64,000 nucleotides of DNA from Azolla caroliniana. Its lineage: Eukaryota; Plantae; Polypodiophyta. Within the stretch, counting starts at the first letter, position 1; every line of letters starts with the position of its first letter. The translations under genes were made by a program, and so were the position numbers. Below, one piece after another: positions 1 through 10,805 of the stretch. Location: contig JBHGNT010000013.1 of the NCBI GenBank assembly GCA_043228905.1, positions 13,578,001-13,642,000 on the forward strand. Direction: 5' to 3'. Under the pieces are notes generated by a model. It saw nothing but the letters and a program-made list of their open reading frames with translations, did not search any database and had not been told where the DNA came from.

Positions 1-641
1 TAATTATCTCGACAACGTAGGTCTTGAGAAAACGGGGAAGCGGGCAAGTCTAGCGAACGAGAAAGAGTAAGAGAGTCACGCGTAGACACAGACACGGACA
101 AAGACACTGAGAACCAAGTATGTTAGGTAGCAAGAGTTCTATTAAAACACAGGTGCACAGTGCTGTGAGCGGTTACAGCCGGATCAGAGCCGGTGATGGA
201 GCACGGAGCTTTGGCAAACAGCCAGGTACAAAGAGACGTCGGTGCGCAGAAGGTCGATCCCTGGGTCGGGAGCACTCTGGCGTCTGACGCGAGGAGGGGA
301 AGCGCCTTCTTCCTCGGTCAGTCCTCGGACGTTCTTTGTCTATCCTTTCCTCTAGATGGCATTCTGAAAGACAGTCAAAGGTCGCCCCTTTTATAGCACA
401 AGGAGCGACCGTTACAAGCATTCATGACCCATCACTTTTTCGTCCTAGATTCTCTCCTCGTAACTCCCCCTACTTATGCGATGTCTATATATTCTTTAAT
501 GCTTTAACTACCTAGTACCCCTCCTTATACTCATGGTTAGTAGTTATCTTATTTAATTCCCCTCGAGGCGTGCACTCGCATATACTGATATTCCTGTGCG
601 TTTCACCTTGTTTCCGCTTATGGCCCGGAATCTTCACAACA
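1..641 (-). mobile_element. LTR (partial, runs off the window), same family as the solo LTRs at 5231 and 29707
   Basis: Minus strand begins TGTTGTGAAGATTCCGGGCC, similar to TGTCGTGAAGGATTCCGGCC (5231) and TGTCGTGAAGAATTTCGGCC (30478, minus). Shares the CCTTGTxCTATAAAAGG TATA block. Flank ACGG at 642-645. Interrupts a gag-protease ORF. Confidence 0.7.
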
Positions 642-1039
642 ACGGGAGATCCATTGATATACCCTTTTGCACATAGTAAATCATTGGGACCCAAGACATA
701 GTGAGGGAAAGAAGATTGATAATTACTTAAATGATGTGTATAGACTTGAAGGACATTAGGAATCTGACCTTTATGGTCTACAGCTTTAGCTTTGTTGTCG
801 TGCTTTTTTCGTTGGAGCTTTCGACATTGTTCTTTTGTATGACCCTTCTTTTTGTAGAATACGCAAAAAGGATGTTGTCGCTTACAATCGCGATCCATGA
901 ATTCGTTGGGTGTCTTGCGTTTCCCAATGAATTGCGACTGCTTAGTCCCGGGCGCTTCATTGGGTTTGTTGTGGTCCTTCTTCGAAGTGCGTTGACTATG
1001 GGACTTAGCCAACAGGAAGGTCATTCGGAGTTGAGACAT
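642..1039 (-). pseudogene. Ty3/Gypsy gag C-terminus (degenerate zinc knuckle) and start of protease
   Basis: CVFYKKKGHTKEQC is a degenerate CX2CX4HX4C. It is followed by LLCAKGYINGSPVV, like the segment preceding the retropepsin D-S/T-G motif, and is cut by the LTR. Confidence 0.6.
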
Positions 1040-1359
1040 TGTCTTTTGTTGATCATACGATCGTCGACAAGGAGTGCGAATGGTGTATCATCGGTGCACG
1101 GCTTAGAGAGCATGAGAGAGAGAGAGAGAGAGAGAGATTAAACCTTGATAACTTCAATTACTATAGGGATTAAAACTTCAATATAACTAAAATATCTAAA
1201 AATATAATGAGAAAGGGAGAGAGGGCTAGTCATTAAGTATTAATTAAAAAGACTAAATCAAATGTTACTAACATGTTAAGAGAGAGAGAGAGAGAGAGTG
1301 ATTAAGAGCAAAGCTATTACTAATTATCATTAAGATTGAAAAAGAAATTACATGGGGAT

Positions 1360-1418
1360 ATGGTCATGAGCAAACTAGTTTCGCCCACTACAGGGCTCAT
1401 CAGTGCTAAAATGACCAT
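1360..1418 (-). ncRNA. Type I hammerhead ribozyme (minimal helix III)
   Basis: Minus strand: AUGGUCAU-uuu-AGCA CUGAUGA GCCC-uguagu-GGGC GAAAC UA GUU UGCU-c-AUGACCAU. Intact core, helix II, palindromic helix III and helix I. Confidence 0.85.
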
Positions 1419-2373
1419 TAGGGGTGGATAGGTTTATATAAGGAGTTTTAGGAGAGGGTTTAGAGAAATGACAATAGGGAGTGGGGGTGTGTGCTTATGG
1501 ATATGATTTGAAAAGGGGAAGATTTGGAGAAGAAGGAAAAGGATATTATGAGCCTATAATGTTAAGATTATAGACCTTACGGTCGGAACAAGGAGTGCAA
1601 AATGGGGGGTCATTGGTGGGTAGAGGTTGGAGAAGATGTTAGAGAGGAGGAATACCAAGGTCGATTGGAGTGCACATGAATCGTGAAAGTGCTTGGTGTA
1701 GAGGAGGAAGGCGAGAGTGGGGATAGAAGATTAAGTTTAGGATTAAAACTAAAATTAAAAAAATGAGATTAAAGAACATAATTAAAAAATGGGAGTAAAG
1801 AACATAATTAAAAAACCGAGAGGGGAGAGAATTAACATGCTAAGGCTAAACATAAACACTAATGAAAACAATTAACACATAAAACTAACCCTAAAAATAA
1901 AATAAAAATAAAAAACTAAAAACGTAATCATAAAACTAGAAACATAAACCTAAAATAAGGTAAAGGGAGGGTAGTGGGTGAGAGAGGGGGAGAGAAAGAT
2001 TAAAACATTAAAACATAGTTATGTCCAAGATTAAGAATAAAAACAAGTTTAAAAACATAGTTAAACATTAAAAGGAGGGGTAGGGGAGACGAGGGGATTA
2101 ACATACTAATTAAAAACAAAATTAAAAGGGAGAGAGAGAGAGATAGAGAGAGAGATTAAAACATTAAAACATAATTAATTCCAAGATTAAGAATAAAAAA
2201 CGAGTTTAAAAACCTAGTTAAACATTAAAAAGAGGGGTAGGGGAGACAAGGGGATTAACATACTAATTAAAAACAAAATTGAAAACTAATTAAGAGAGAG
2301 AGAGAGAGAAACATAACTAAAACATGTAATTATCATTGGACAAAAATTACATGGGGTTTGGGGGTGTTAGGGT

Positions 2374-2434
2374 ATGGTCTTATGGCAAACTAGTTTCGCC
2401 CATGAAGGGCTCATCAGTGCCAACAAAAGACCAT
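2374..2434 (-). ncRNA. Type I hammerhead ribozyme (minimal helix III)
   Basis: Minus strand: AUGGUCUU-uugu-UGGCA CUGAUGA GCCC-uucau-GGGC GAAAC UA GUU UGCCA-u-AAGACCAU. Stem changes are compensatory relative to the 1360 copy. Confidence 0.85.
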
Positions 2435-4075
2435 GAGGGTGAGGGAGGGGATTTATATAAGATTTTAGGAGAGGGGTAGAGTGAGGGAGTGGGGGGTAGC
2501 TATGTGCATATGTGCACATTAAGGAAGGAAAGGTAGTGGGATGTAAGGTTTAAGGTTTTCTAAAGATAGGGAAAAGGGAAATGGGAATGGTAAGTACTAA
2601 GAGGGAAGGAGTGAGAGGGTATGGGAAAGAGTGTAGGGAGAAAGTAAGAGAGAGAGGAAAGGGATGTGTACATGCCCATGTTGAAAGAAGGAGAGGTAAA
2701 ATTGTTAAAAGATAGGGAAAAGGGAGTGGTGACGTGGGCACACTGTGGGGTTAAAAAGTAAGAGAGAGGGGGAAAGTTAGAGATTTAAGAGAGATGAGGG
2801 GTAGGGATAAAGTATTGGTTTAGATGAGGGGAGGGCTAGAGATAAAAATATGGAAAGGAGGGGGGGTTTAGGAGGGTAATTTCAAAGGTGAGGTTAGGGG
2901 TGGTAGGTGGGTATTAAACCAAAAGGTAATGGGAGGGGTAGGGTGGTAATTTTGAAAAGTAGAGGGAGGGCTAGAGAGTTAAATTTATGAAAAATGTAGG
3001 GGTGAGAGGGTAATATGGCAAAAATGAAGATAGGGGTACTGTGAGAATATAAAAAGTAAAGGGAGGGTATGGATGTAAATTTGGAAGGGGTAAGTTGGGA
3101 AAGTGAGGGGAGGGTAGGATGGAAATAAAATAAAAATAAAAGTAAAAAAGAGGGATGGAAACATTACAATGTCGGCTACCAAAGGTGTAGTCCCGAGCAT
3201 GATCCTAAGTGTGAGAAGGGAGATAAAAATAAAATGAAAACACGGATCCATAATGTAGTCTCGTGTGTTACAATGAGAGGTAAGTGAAGGGGATGTCGGG
3301 GAGTGTGACATGTAGAAATCGATGACGCCATTTCCAATGCCATGTAACGTTTTACGGGGGCACTCGGCACGACCGAGGGCTCGGTGGTCGCTAATGCTTC
3401 ACTCGATGTGGGTGCCTATCCCCGATACATGGGCCTCCATAGAAGAAACGAAGTTATGATTATAGACCTTGCGGTCGGAACAAGGAGTGTGAAATGGGGG
3501 GTCATCGGTGGGTAGAGGTTGGAGAAGATGTCAGAGAGGAAGAACACCAAGGTCGATTGGAGCGCACCCGAATCGTGAAAATGCTTGGTGTAGAGGAGGA
3601 AGGCGAGGGTGGGGATAGAAGATTAAGTTTAGGATTAAAACTAAAATTAAAAAAACGAGATTAAAGAACATAATTAAAAAACGGGAGTAAAGAACATAAT
3701 TAAAAAACCGAGAGGGGAGAGGATTAACATGCTAAGGCTAAACATAAACACTAATGAAAATAATTAACACATAAAACTAACCCTAAAAATAAAATAAAAA
3801 TAAAAAACTAAAAATGTAATCATAAAACTAGAAACATAAACCTAAAATAAGGTAAAGGGAGGGTAGTGGGTGAGAGAGGAGGAGAGAGAGATTAAAACAT
3901 TAAAACATAGTTATGTCCAAGATTAAGAATAAAAACGAGTTTAAAAACATAGTTAAACATTAAAAAGAGGGGTAGGAGAGACGAGGGGATTAACATACTA
4001 ATTAAAAACAAAATTAAAAACTAATTAAAAGAGAGAGAGAGAGAGAGAGAGAAACATAACTAAAACATGTAAGAC

Positions 4076-6480
4076 AGGAGTGGATTTTGATGAGATGTTT
4101 GCCCTGGTAGTGAAGATGACATCCATCCAGACATTGTTGAGCATAGTGGCAAGCATGGACGTCGAGGTTGGCAATGGTGACCTCGAGGAGGAGATCTACA
4201 TGCAACAACCGGAAGGATTTATCAAGAAAGGGAAGGAGAACCTAGTGTGCCGGTTGAAGAAGAGCTTATACGGAATGAAGCAAGCTCCTTGGTAATGGTA
4301 TCAAAAGTTCGACTCCTTGATGATCGACCAAGGATACTAGAAGACGCAAGTTGAGCACTACGTGCTCGTGAAGAAATTCGACCATATCAAAATACTCTTG
4401 CTATACGTGGATGCCATGTTGATCGTTAAGTGAGACCATATCAAAATCGAGATCCTGAAGAAAGCCTTGAGTAGGTCCTTCTCAATGAAAGATATGGGTC
4501 CATCGAGACAGATCTTAGGGATGCACATAGTCTGGGGCCAAACAAAGAAGCTAGTGTGGTTGTCACAAGAAAAGTACGTGACTAAGGTGCTCCAAAGGTT
4601 CAACATGACGGATGCGAAGTCGGCCGGGTCGACACTCTCGACAAACTACAAGCTGTCCAAAAAGCAAAGTCTGAAAACAAAGACGGAGAAAGCTGAGATG
4701 ATGAAGATACCTTATGCCTCAATAGTCAAAAGCCTAATGTATGCAATGGTGTTTACCCGACTGGAAATCGGAGTGGTCAGCTAGTTCATGAGCAATCCGG
4801 GAAGAGAGCATTGGGCTGCTGTCAAGTGGATCCTCCGGTACCTAAAAGACACCTCGAGCATGTGCCTCTAATTCGGCTAAGGTAAACCTCTATTGGAAGG
4901 CTTTACTGATTCAGACGTGTCGGATGATGTAGATACCAACCGGCAATCGACGTTGCAAAAATCGGTGGCACTATCGACAACAGAACCGTAGTACATGGCG
5001 GCAGTAGACGTCGGCAAAGAAGTAATCTTGATGAAGGACTTCATCGGAGAGTTAGGGATCCAACATGAGGAATTCCGGCTCTACTGTGACAATCAAAGTG
5101 TCATCCACCTTGCGAAGAACGCGACCTACCACTCCCGGACCAAGTGCATCCCGAGGAGATATCACTGACTCTGAGAGAAGGTAGTAGACAAAGACTTTTC
5201 GCTGATGAAGATCCACACAGAGGAGAACGGTGTCGTGAAGGATTCCGGCCAGAGGAAGAAAATGAGGTTGGGTCTGCGTGAACAGGGGTATCCACGAATG
5301 CACAAAGAAATTTGTCTTTATGTACAAAGGTGTGTAAATAGCATAGGACTAATAGGTACTAGTTAGTGTGATTCGATGGGTACTTTAATGTCCCATGGAA
5401 GTAAGGATTAAAAGATATGGTGTGTGAGAGAATCAAGGGGGAATCGCTGATAGAAACAGCTATCATTAAGCGTGATGTAACAGCCTCCCCTTGTTCTATA
5501 AAAGGGGAGGCTTTGGACTGTGCTAGGGATCCACGATCTTGGAGAACGAAATGATGCCGGACAGAGCTCTATAAGCTTCCTTCTTATTCTCTATTTTCCG
5601 GTTTCCTATTGTGGCACTGCGAAGCCTCCGTTCCATGCTGGTAGCCAATGTGCTCCCGATCGAAAGCTCACTAGTGTCTGCGTGTGTGTAAGTGTTGGGA
5701 GCTCATAGCTCCTTTGTTGGTCGTGTCCGGTTGTAATCTTCTCTGTTTTCTTTGTTAGCCATTACTATTTACTGAGTCTCCGGAAACCGATCTGGCAAAG
5801 TTATCCGGAAATCGATCCAGACACCCTTTCTTTTCTCATCGGCCCCTTGGTCCGAGACCCCGGTGGTCCCGCCCCGTTTCAACACATACCAGCGGAATAC
5901 CACGACAACATGTTAGACATGTTGACCAATGCGTTATCAGCTGAGAAGTTGGACATGTTTCGGAGACGGATCGGGTTGAAAAGACATCCCATGCCATAGT
6001 GAAGGGGGAGTTGGTTGGGGAAAGGGTCCCTCCGAATGGGATCGGAAGAGTCGGATTGGATGGATCCAGAAGGTATTCGGTGTGAACCAGAAGTAGGGAC
6101 ATGTTAGTAAATATGTTCTGATGGGCCTGTTGAGGCCATATTTGTAAATAACCCTAAAGTTATATAGATATAAATATAACTAGGGAAATATGAAGTTAGT
6201 GTGGTTATAAGTTAGTTATTTTGAGTCGTTACCACGGTATAGAGAGAGAGAGTTTGAGCAGAAGGTCATTGCCTCTATGTCTCCGTTGTATCCTACCTCT
6301 TTTCCATAGTGATCTAGTTCGGAGTCAGTGGACTCCCGTAGTTTTGCCTCTTGAGGTTTTCCACATTAACATATACTGTGTCGACTCATTACCTTGTAAG
6401 TGTATCAATCTCTATTTTTCTTTTCTGTTTCTTCCAAAGTGAGTTTTGAACTCAGTAGTGGCAAAGAGTTATTTCTCACA
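4076..6480 (+). mobile_element. Degenerate Ty1/Copia 3' half (RT-RNase H, PPT, 3' LTR), Tnt1-like
   Basis: GVDFDEMFA, DLEEEIYMQQPEGF, LKKSLYGMKQAP, IPYASIV and YCDNQS motifs with stops and frameshifts. PPT GAAGGGGGAG at 6001-6010. LTR ~6012-6480. Confidence 0.85.
5231..5907 (+). mobile_element. Solo LTR inserted in Copia RNase H
   Basis: TGTCGTG...CACGACA terminal inverted repeat and TATAAAA at ~5496. Flanks ACGG/ACAT; removing the LTR plus 4 bp restores the Copia frame E-N-x-x-D-M-L-T. Confidence 0.75.
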
Positions 6481-6707
6481 CAAAAGATCGACAATAAGTG
6501 GAGCATAGTGTGGTGTGGATAGAACACTAGGTCATTGAAAGGTCCTTGGAAGTTGTGTAAATAATCAAGTGTGTGATTATGTAGTGCAGAAAATAGATTA
6601 AGACATGTTTGTTATGTATGTATATAAGAGAAGTGAGAAGAGAGACTCAATAAAGAAAAGCAGAATACAAACTGTATATTAACAAGAATAAGAATGACAA
6701 CCAACAA

Positions 6708-8340
6708 GAATGACGACCATGTCCAATCCTCACCGAGAATTGGAACTAGAACACGAATACCAACGGGTATGAGCAACCATGTGCGGCCCTCATCGGGAAT
6801 TGGAACACCCACGGGTGTGAGCGACCATTTGCGATGAGGATCAAGTTCCAGTTCCCAACGAGGGCCACACATGGTTGCTCATGTCGTTCGTGTTCCACTT
6901 CTACATGAGGGCTGCATGGTCGCTCACGCTCGTTCATTTTCAGCTCTCGGTGAGGGCCGCATGGTCACTCACATTTGTTCGTGTTCCAGTTCTCGGTGAG
7001 GACTGCATAGTCGCTCACGCCCGTTCGTGTTTTCGATGAGGACCGCACATGGTCGCTCACTCCTGCTATTGTTCGTGTTCCAGATCCCGGCAAGGACCAA
7101 CATGGTCGCTCATGCCCGTTGCTATTCATGTTCCAGTTCCTGGTGAGGGCCACACATGGTTGCTCACGCCCGTTGATGTTCGTGTTCCAACTCTCGGCGA
7201 GGGCCACACATGGTCGCACACTCCCATTCATGTTCCAATCTCTGGTGAGGACCGCACATGGTCGCTAACTCCAGCTATTGTTCGTGTTCCAGATCCCGGC
7301 CAAGACTGACAGGGTCACTCATGCCCACTGTTGTTCATGTTCCAGTTCTCGATGAGGGCCACACATGGTCGCTCATGCCGTTTGTGTTCCAATTCTCGGT
7401 GAGGGCCGCATGGTCGCTCACGCCCGTTCGTTTTTAGTTCTCGATGAGGGCCGCATGGTCGCTCACGTCCATTCACGTTCCAGTTCTCGGTGAGGACTGC
7501 ATGGTTGCTCACGCCCGTTCGTGTTTTCGATGAGGACCACACATGGTTGCTCACTCTAGCTATTGTTCATGTTCCAGATCCTGCCCAGGACCGACATGAT
7601 TGCTCATGCCCGATGTTGTTCATGTTCTAGTTCCTGATGAGGGCCACACATGCTTGCTCACGCTCGTTGATGTTCGTGTTCCAACTCTCGGCGAGGACCA
7701 ACATGGTCTCTCATGTCCGTTGGTGTTTGTGTCCCCTATGAGGACCGCACATGGTCACTCACGCCCGTTGGTATTCGTGTTCCAGTTCCCGACGAGGACC
7801 GACATGGTCGCTCATGCCCGTTGTTGTTCATGTTCCAGTTCTCGGTTAGGACCACACATGGTTGGTCACGCCCGTTGGTGTTCGTGTTCCAACTCTCGTC
7901 GAGGATTGACATGGTCTCTAATGCCCGTTGGTGTTCGTGTTCCCCATGAGGACCACACATGGTCACTCACGCCTGTTGGTATTTGTGTTCTACTTCCCGA
8001 CAAGGACCGCACATGGTCGGTCACGCCCGTTCGTGATCCAATTCTAGTTCTCGGTGAGGACCGCATGGTCGCTCATGTCCGTTCGTGTTCGGGTTCTTGG
8101 TGAGGCCCGGAGATGGTCGCTCACGCCCGTGGGTGTTCCAGTTCCCGGTGAGGGCCACACATGGTTCCTCATACCCGTTGGTATTCGTGTTCTAGTTCTA
8201 GTTCCCAGCAAGGACAACACATGATCACTCACGCTTGTTTGTGTTCCAGTTCGAGTTCCTGGTGAGGATTGGACATGGTCGCTCACGTTTGTCGGTGTTC
8301 TAGTCTCCGGTGAGGACAACATATGGTTCCTCAGTGCTCC
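6708..8340 (+). repeat. Degenerate tandem array of ~30+ units of ~40-60 nt in the 3' internal region of a Gypsy element
   Basis: Unit consensus GAGGRCCRCACATGGTCGCTCACGCCCGTT(GGTGTT)CGTGTTCCAGTTCTCGGT. Plus-strand ORFs read repeated EDRTWSLTPVGIRVPVP. Confidence 0.9.
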
Positions 8341-8384
8341 AATTCTCGTCCACCCCTACACCACGCTTTCAAAAAGGCGGCCGT

Positions 8385-8983
8385 AAAGGGGAGGATAGTG
8401 TCACGACATAGTGACGTCAAATACGTAGTTAGTGAGGATTGAACTTTCAACCTCACATCTACAAGACGTCATATTCAACCATCTGGATATGAGCATGTAT
8501 TTATATATAATATACATTGTATATTCTAGCATATATACATTCCAGAATATTCTAAAGACTTTAGTGTATTCTAGAAATATTCTATGGTGTATTCCGGATG
8601 GGTATATTCTAGAGATATTTGTCAGGTATATTCTAGAGATACTCAATCTCAAAACTAGTATAAATACTTGTAATCTCCTTAGTCCCTTTCAGGGGATTCA
8701 ACACCAGTCATTGATACATCAATCCAGTATTATCGTTTCGCCTAATCTTTGTCTCCTTGATCTTTATTTATGTCTTCATGCCCTCACGTCGTTCACAATA
8801 TCTAGAGTTCCTAGCCTTGTCACATCTAGCTCCAAGTTCATCTGTTGCTTGTAGCCCCATCTTGTCTCCTTGATCTTTATCTCTATCTTCATACTCTTGT
8901 GTCATTCCTAGCTTCTCAAGTTCCACACTCTTAGCCCCACCATCCGTGTTCTATCCTAGTCCGTGCTTGGTGTGTCCGTGACA
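8385..8983 (+). mobile_element. PPT and 3' LTR of a chromovirus-related Gypsy element
   Basis: PPT AAAGGGGAGGATAG is directly followed by TGTCACG (8399) ... CGTGACA (8983). This PPT/LTR junction is almost the same as in the chromoviruses at 41237 and 62423. Confidence 0.8.
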
Positions 8984-10805
8984 ACAGTTCTCATTGTACC
9001 GAACTGTGGTGCTAGGCCTCTGAGGTATATTTGCACCCTTTCGTCCTCATCGACATTGGCATTGATTGAGGCAAGTGTGTCACATAGCTCCTTGATCTTC
9101 AAGGTGTAGGTTGTGATGGACAAGTCCTTCTGTTGGACATTGTTCAACTCTTGGCAGAGTTGAAGCTTTCATGCAATTGTATTTGTTGCAAAGTTCTTCT
9201 TGAGATTCTCCCATGCTTCTTTCGGCTTCATGGCTTCATGAATGCAGTCGAGCATGTGGTCATGCACACATGTTGCCAATAAATACAACACTCAACTCGT
9301 TGCTTACTCCCATGTTGAGTAGTCGACGTTTGTTGGGTTGGGTTTCGATTCTTGTGCTCCATCGATGTAGCTCCAATAGCCTTGGCCAGCAAGGTATTGG
9401 TGCATCTTGTATTCCCAAGATGCAAAGTTGTTTCCATCCAACTTTTCGCTAGGGAGTGAGTTGCCCATCTGAGTATTCATGGTGGTCGGTGTAGTTTTCC
9501 TTCTTCTTTCTCGGATACAAGCTATGTAGTGATACTATAATAGTGATGGACCGGGTCTTCTTCAACGTTGGCATAGGATAAAACACACACGGATGGGCTA
9601 GATCAAGCTACCAAGCCACTCTGATACCATGTAAATAATCAAGTTTGTGATTATGTCGCATGGAAAAACAAACTAAAGATGTGTGTGTTATGTGTGTATA
9701 TAAGAGAAGAGAGACTCAATATAGGAAAACAGAATACAAATTGTATATTCACAAGAACAAGAAGGACAACCAACAGTTACCAAGGAGAGAGAAGGGTGCT
9801 TACAAGGTCACCCTCTCTCTACATTCTCTCATTGAAATGCCTACTCTCTCACTAGAATCTTGGGAAGGAGAAAACCTTAACTAACCCATCAATTGATGTG
9901 TCATAGGAGGTATGTAACTCTGATCAACAGTTACTAAAATGGAAGGTATGTAACTTTGATCATGGATGATGACAAATCTTGGAACGTGGTTGACATTCTA
10001 AATTGTCACTTCTAGTGGGTCTTGATTTAGATAGTATTTGATTGTGGATTTGCTCTAAATGATGTGGACTAGCAAGAAACAACTACTTCTATTGCACAAT
10101 TCAAGTGGAAGATACTATTCATCATTTCATACAATGTCCGCTTGCTTGTAAGGTTAGAGCTTATATTTCGTAGTGAAGACAACCTACTTAAGTGGTAAGG
10201 GTTTATATTATTGCTTCATAAACTTCAAGAATGTTTTTGATATGGTACTTCATGAGCATCTTTTGTATAGATCAGAGCACATAAAATGGTTAGCTTCTCA
10301 CTATATCAACACAATAGACCTTGTTCTCCATGTAAAATAGCTTGTGAGGAATGGCCATTTTACAATCACTTTCGATGGATTTCATCTAATGTTTCATGTG
10401 TATATGAATTTGAAGACTGTCTTTTGTAATCATCCATAGCAAAAGAATGAATTTGAAGGGTGTCTTTTGTAATTTGAAGTGTGCAAAGCATTTCTCGTCC
10501 AACTTTACCGATTTTTTCTCAAATGCCCCTCTCCCCTCCCCTCTAATGAACATGAATATTAGGTAGTGTGGTTACAAAATTTGTCGAGGATCATGTGATG
10601 ATGCCAATCAATCATTCATATTACACTCTTGAGGGCCGTAGATTCTCTTGTAATCTCTTATTAGACACATTACTTATTTTAAAAGATACATATATACACA
10701 CACTTCCAATCATTTTAAATATAGTTCCTACATAAACAAACAAACAAACAAATAAATAAATAAATAACTATATTTCCCATTAACCGTAACAAAGATTGTT
10801 ACTCC

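Larger units (their letters stand above)
1050..4075 (-). mobile_element. Non-autonomous Penelope-like (hammerhead-bearing) element in partial tandem arrangement
   Basis: Direct repeat 1567-~2330 vs 3458-~4070 (offset ~1.9 kb). Two hammerhead motifs, each preceded by a TATA-like box. (GA)n tracts. Conserved motif GACCTTxCGGTCGGAACAAGGAGTG, also at ~1051 and ~15900. No RT or GIY-YIG ORF is visible. Confidence 0.6.
6556..9995 (-). mobile_element. Truncated Ty1/Copia: 5' LTR ~9630-9995, PBS-Met, gag fragment ~8984-9480, partial 3' LTR ~6556-6707
   Basis: CTCTGATACCA at ~9619-9629 is the reverse complement of a tRNA-iMet PBS. Gag-like MNTQMGNSLPSEKL and ITTYTLKIKELCDTLASI. 6556-6707 is homologous to 9630-9775. 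The middle is replaced by a Gypsy 3' end. Confidence 0.7.

Noticed and set aside
6708-8340. CRISPR-like array, or a RiPP precursor clustered with a tyrosinase
   Set aside because: Inter-core segments are mutually homologous rather than unique spacers, and there are no cas genes. The array abuts a retroelement PPT/LTR, is frameshifted and has no signal peptide, so its proximity to PPO looks incidental.
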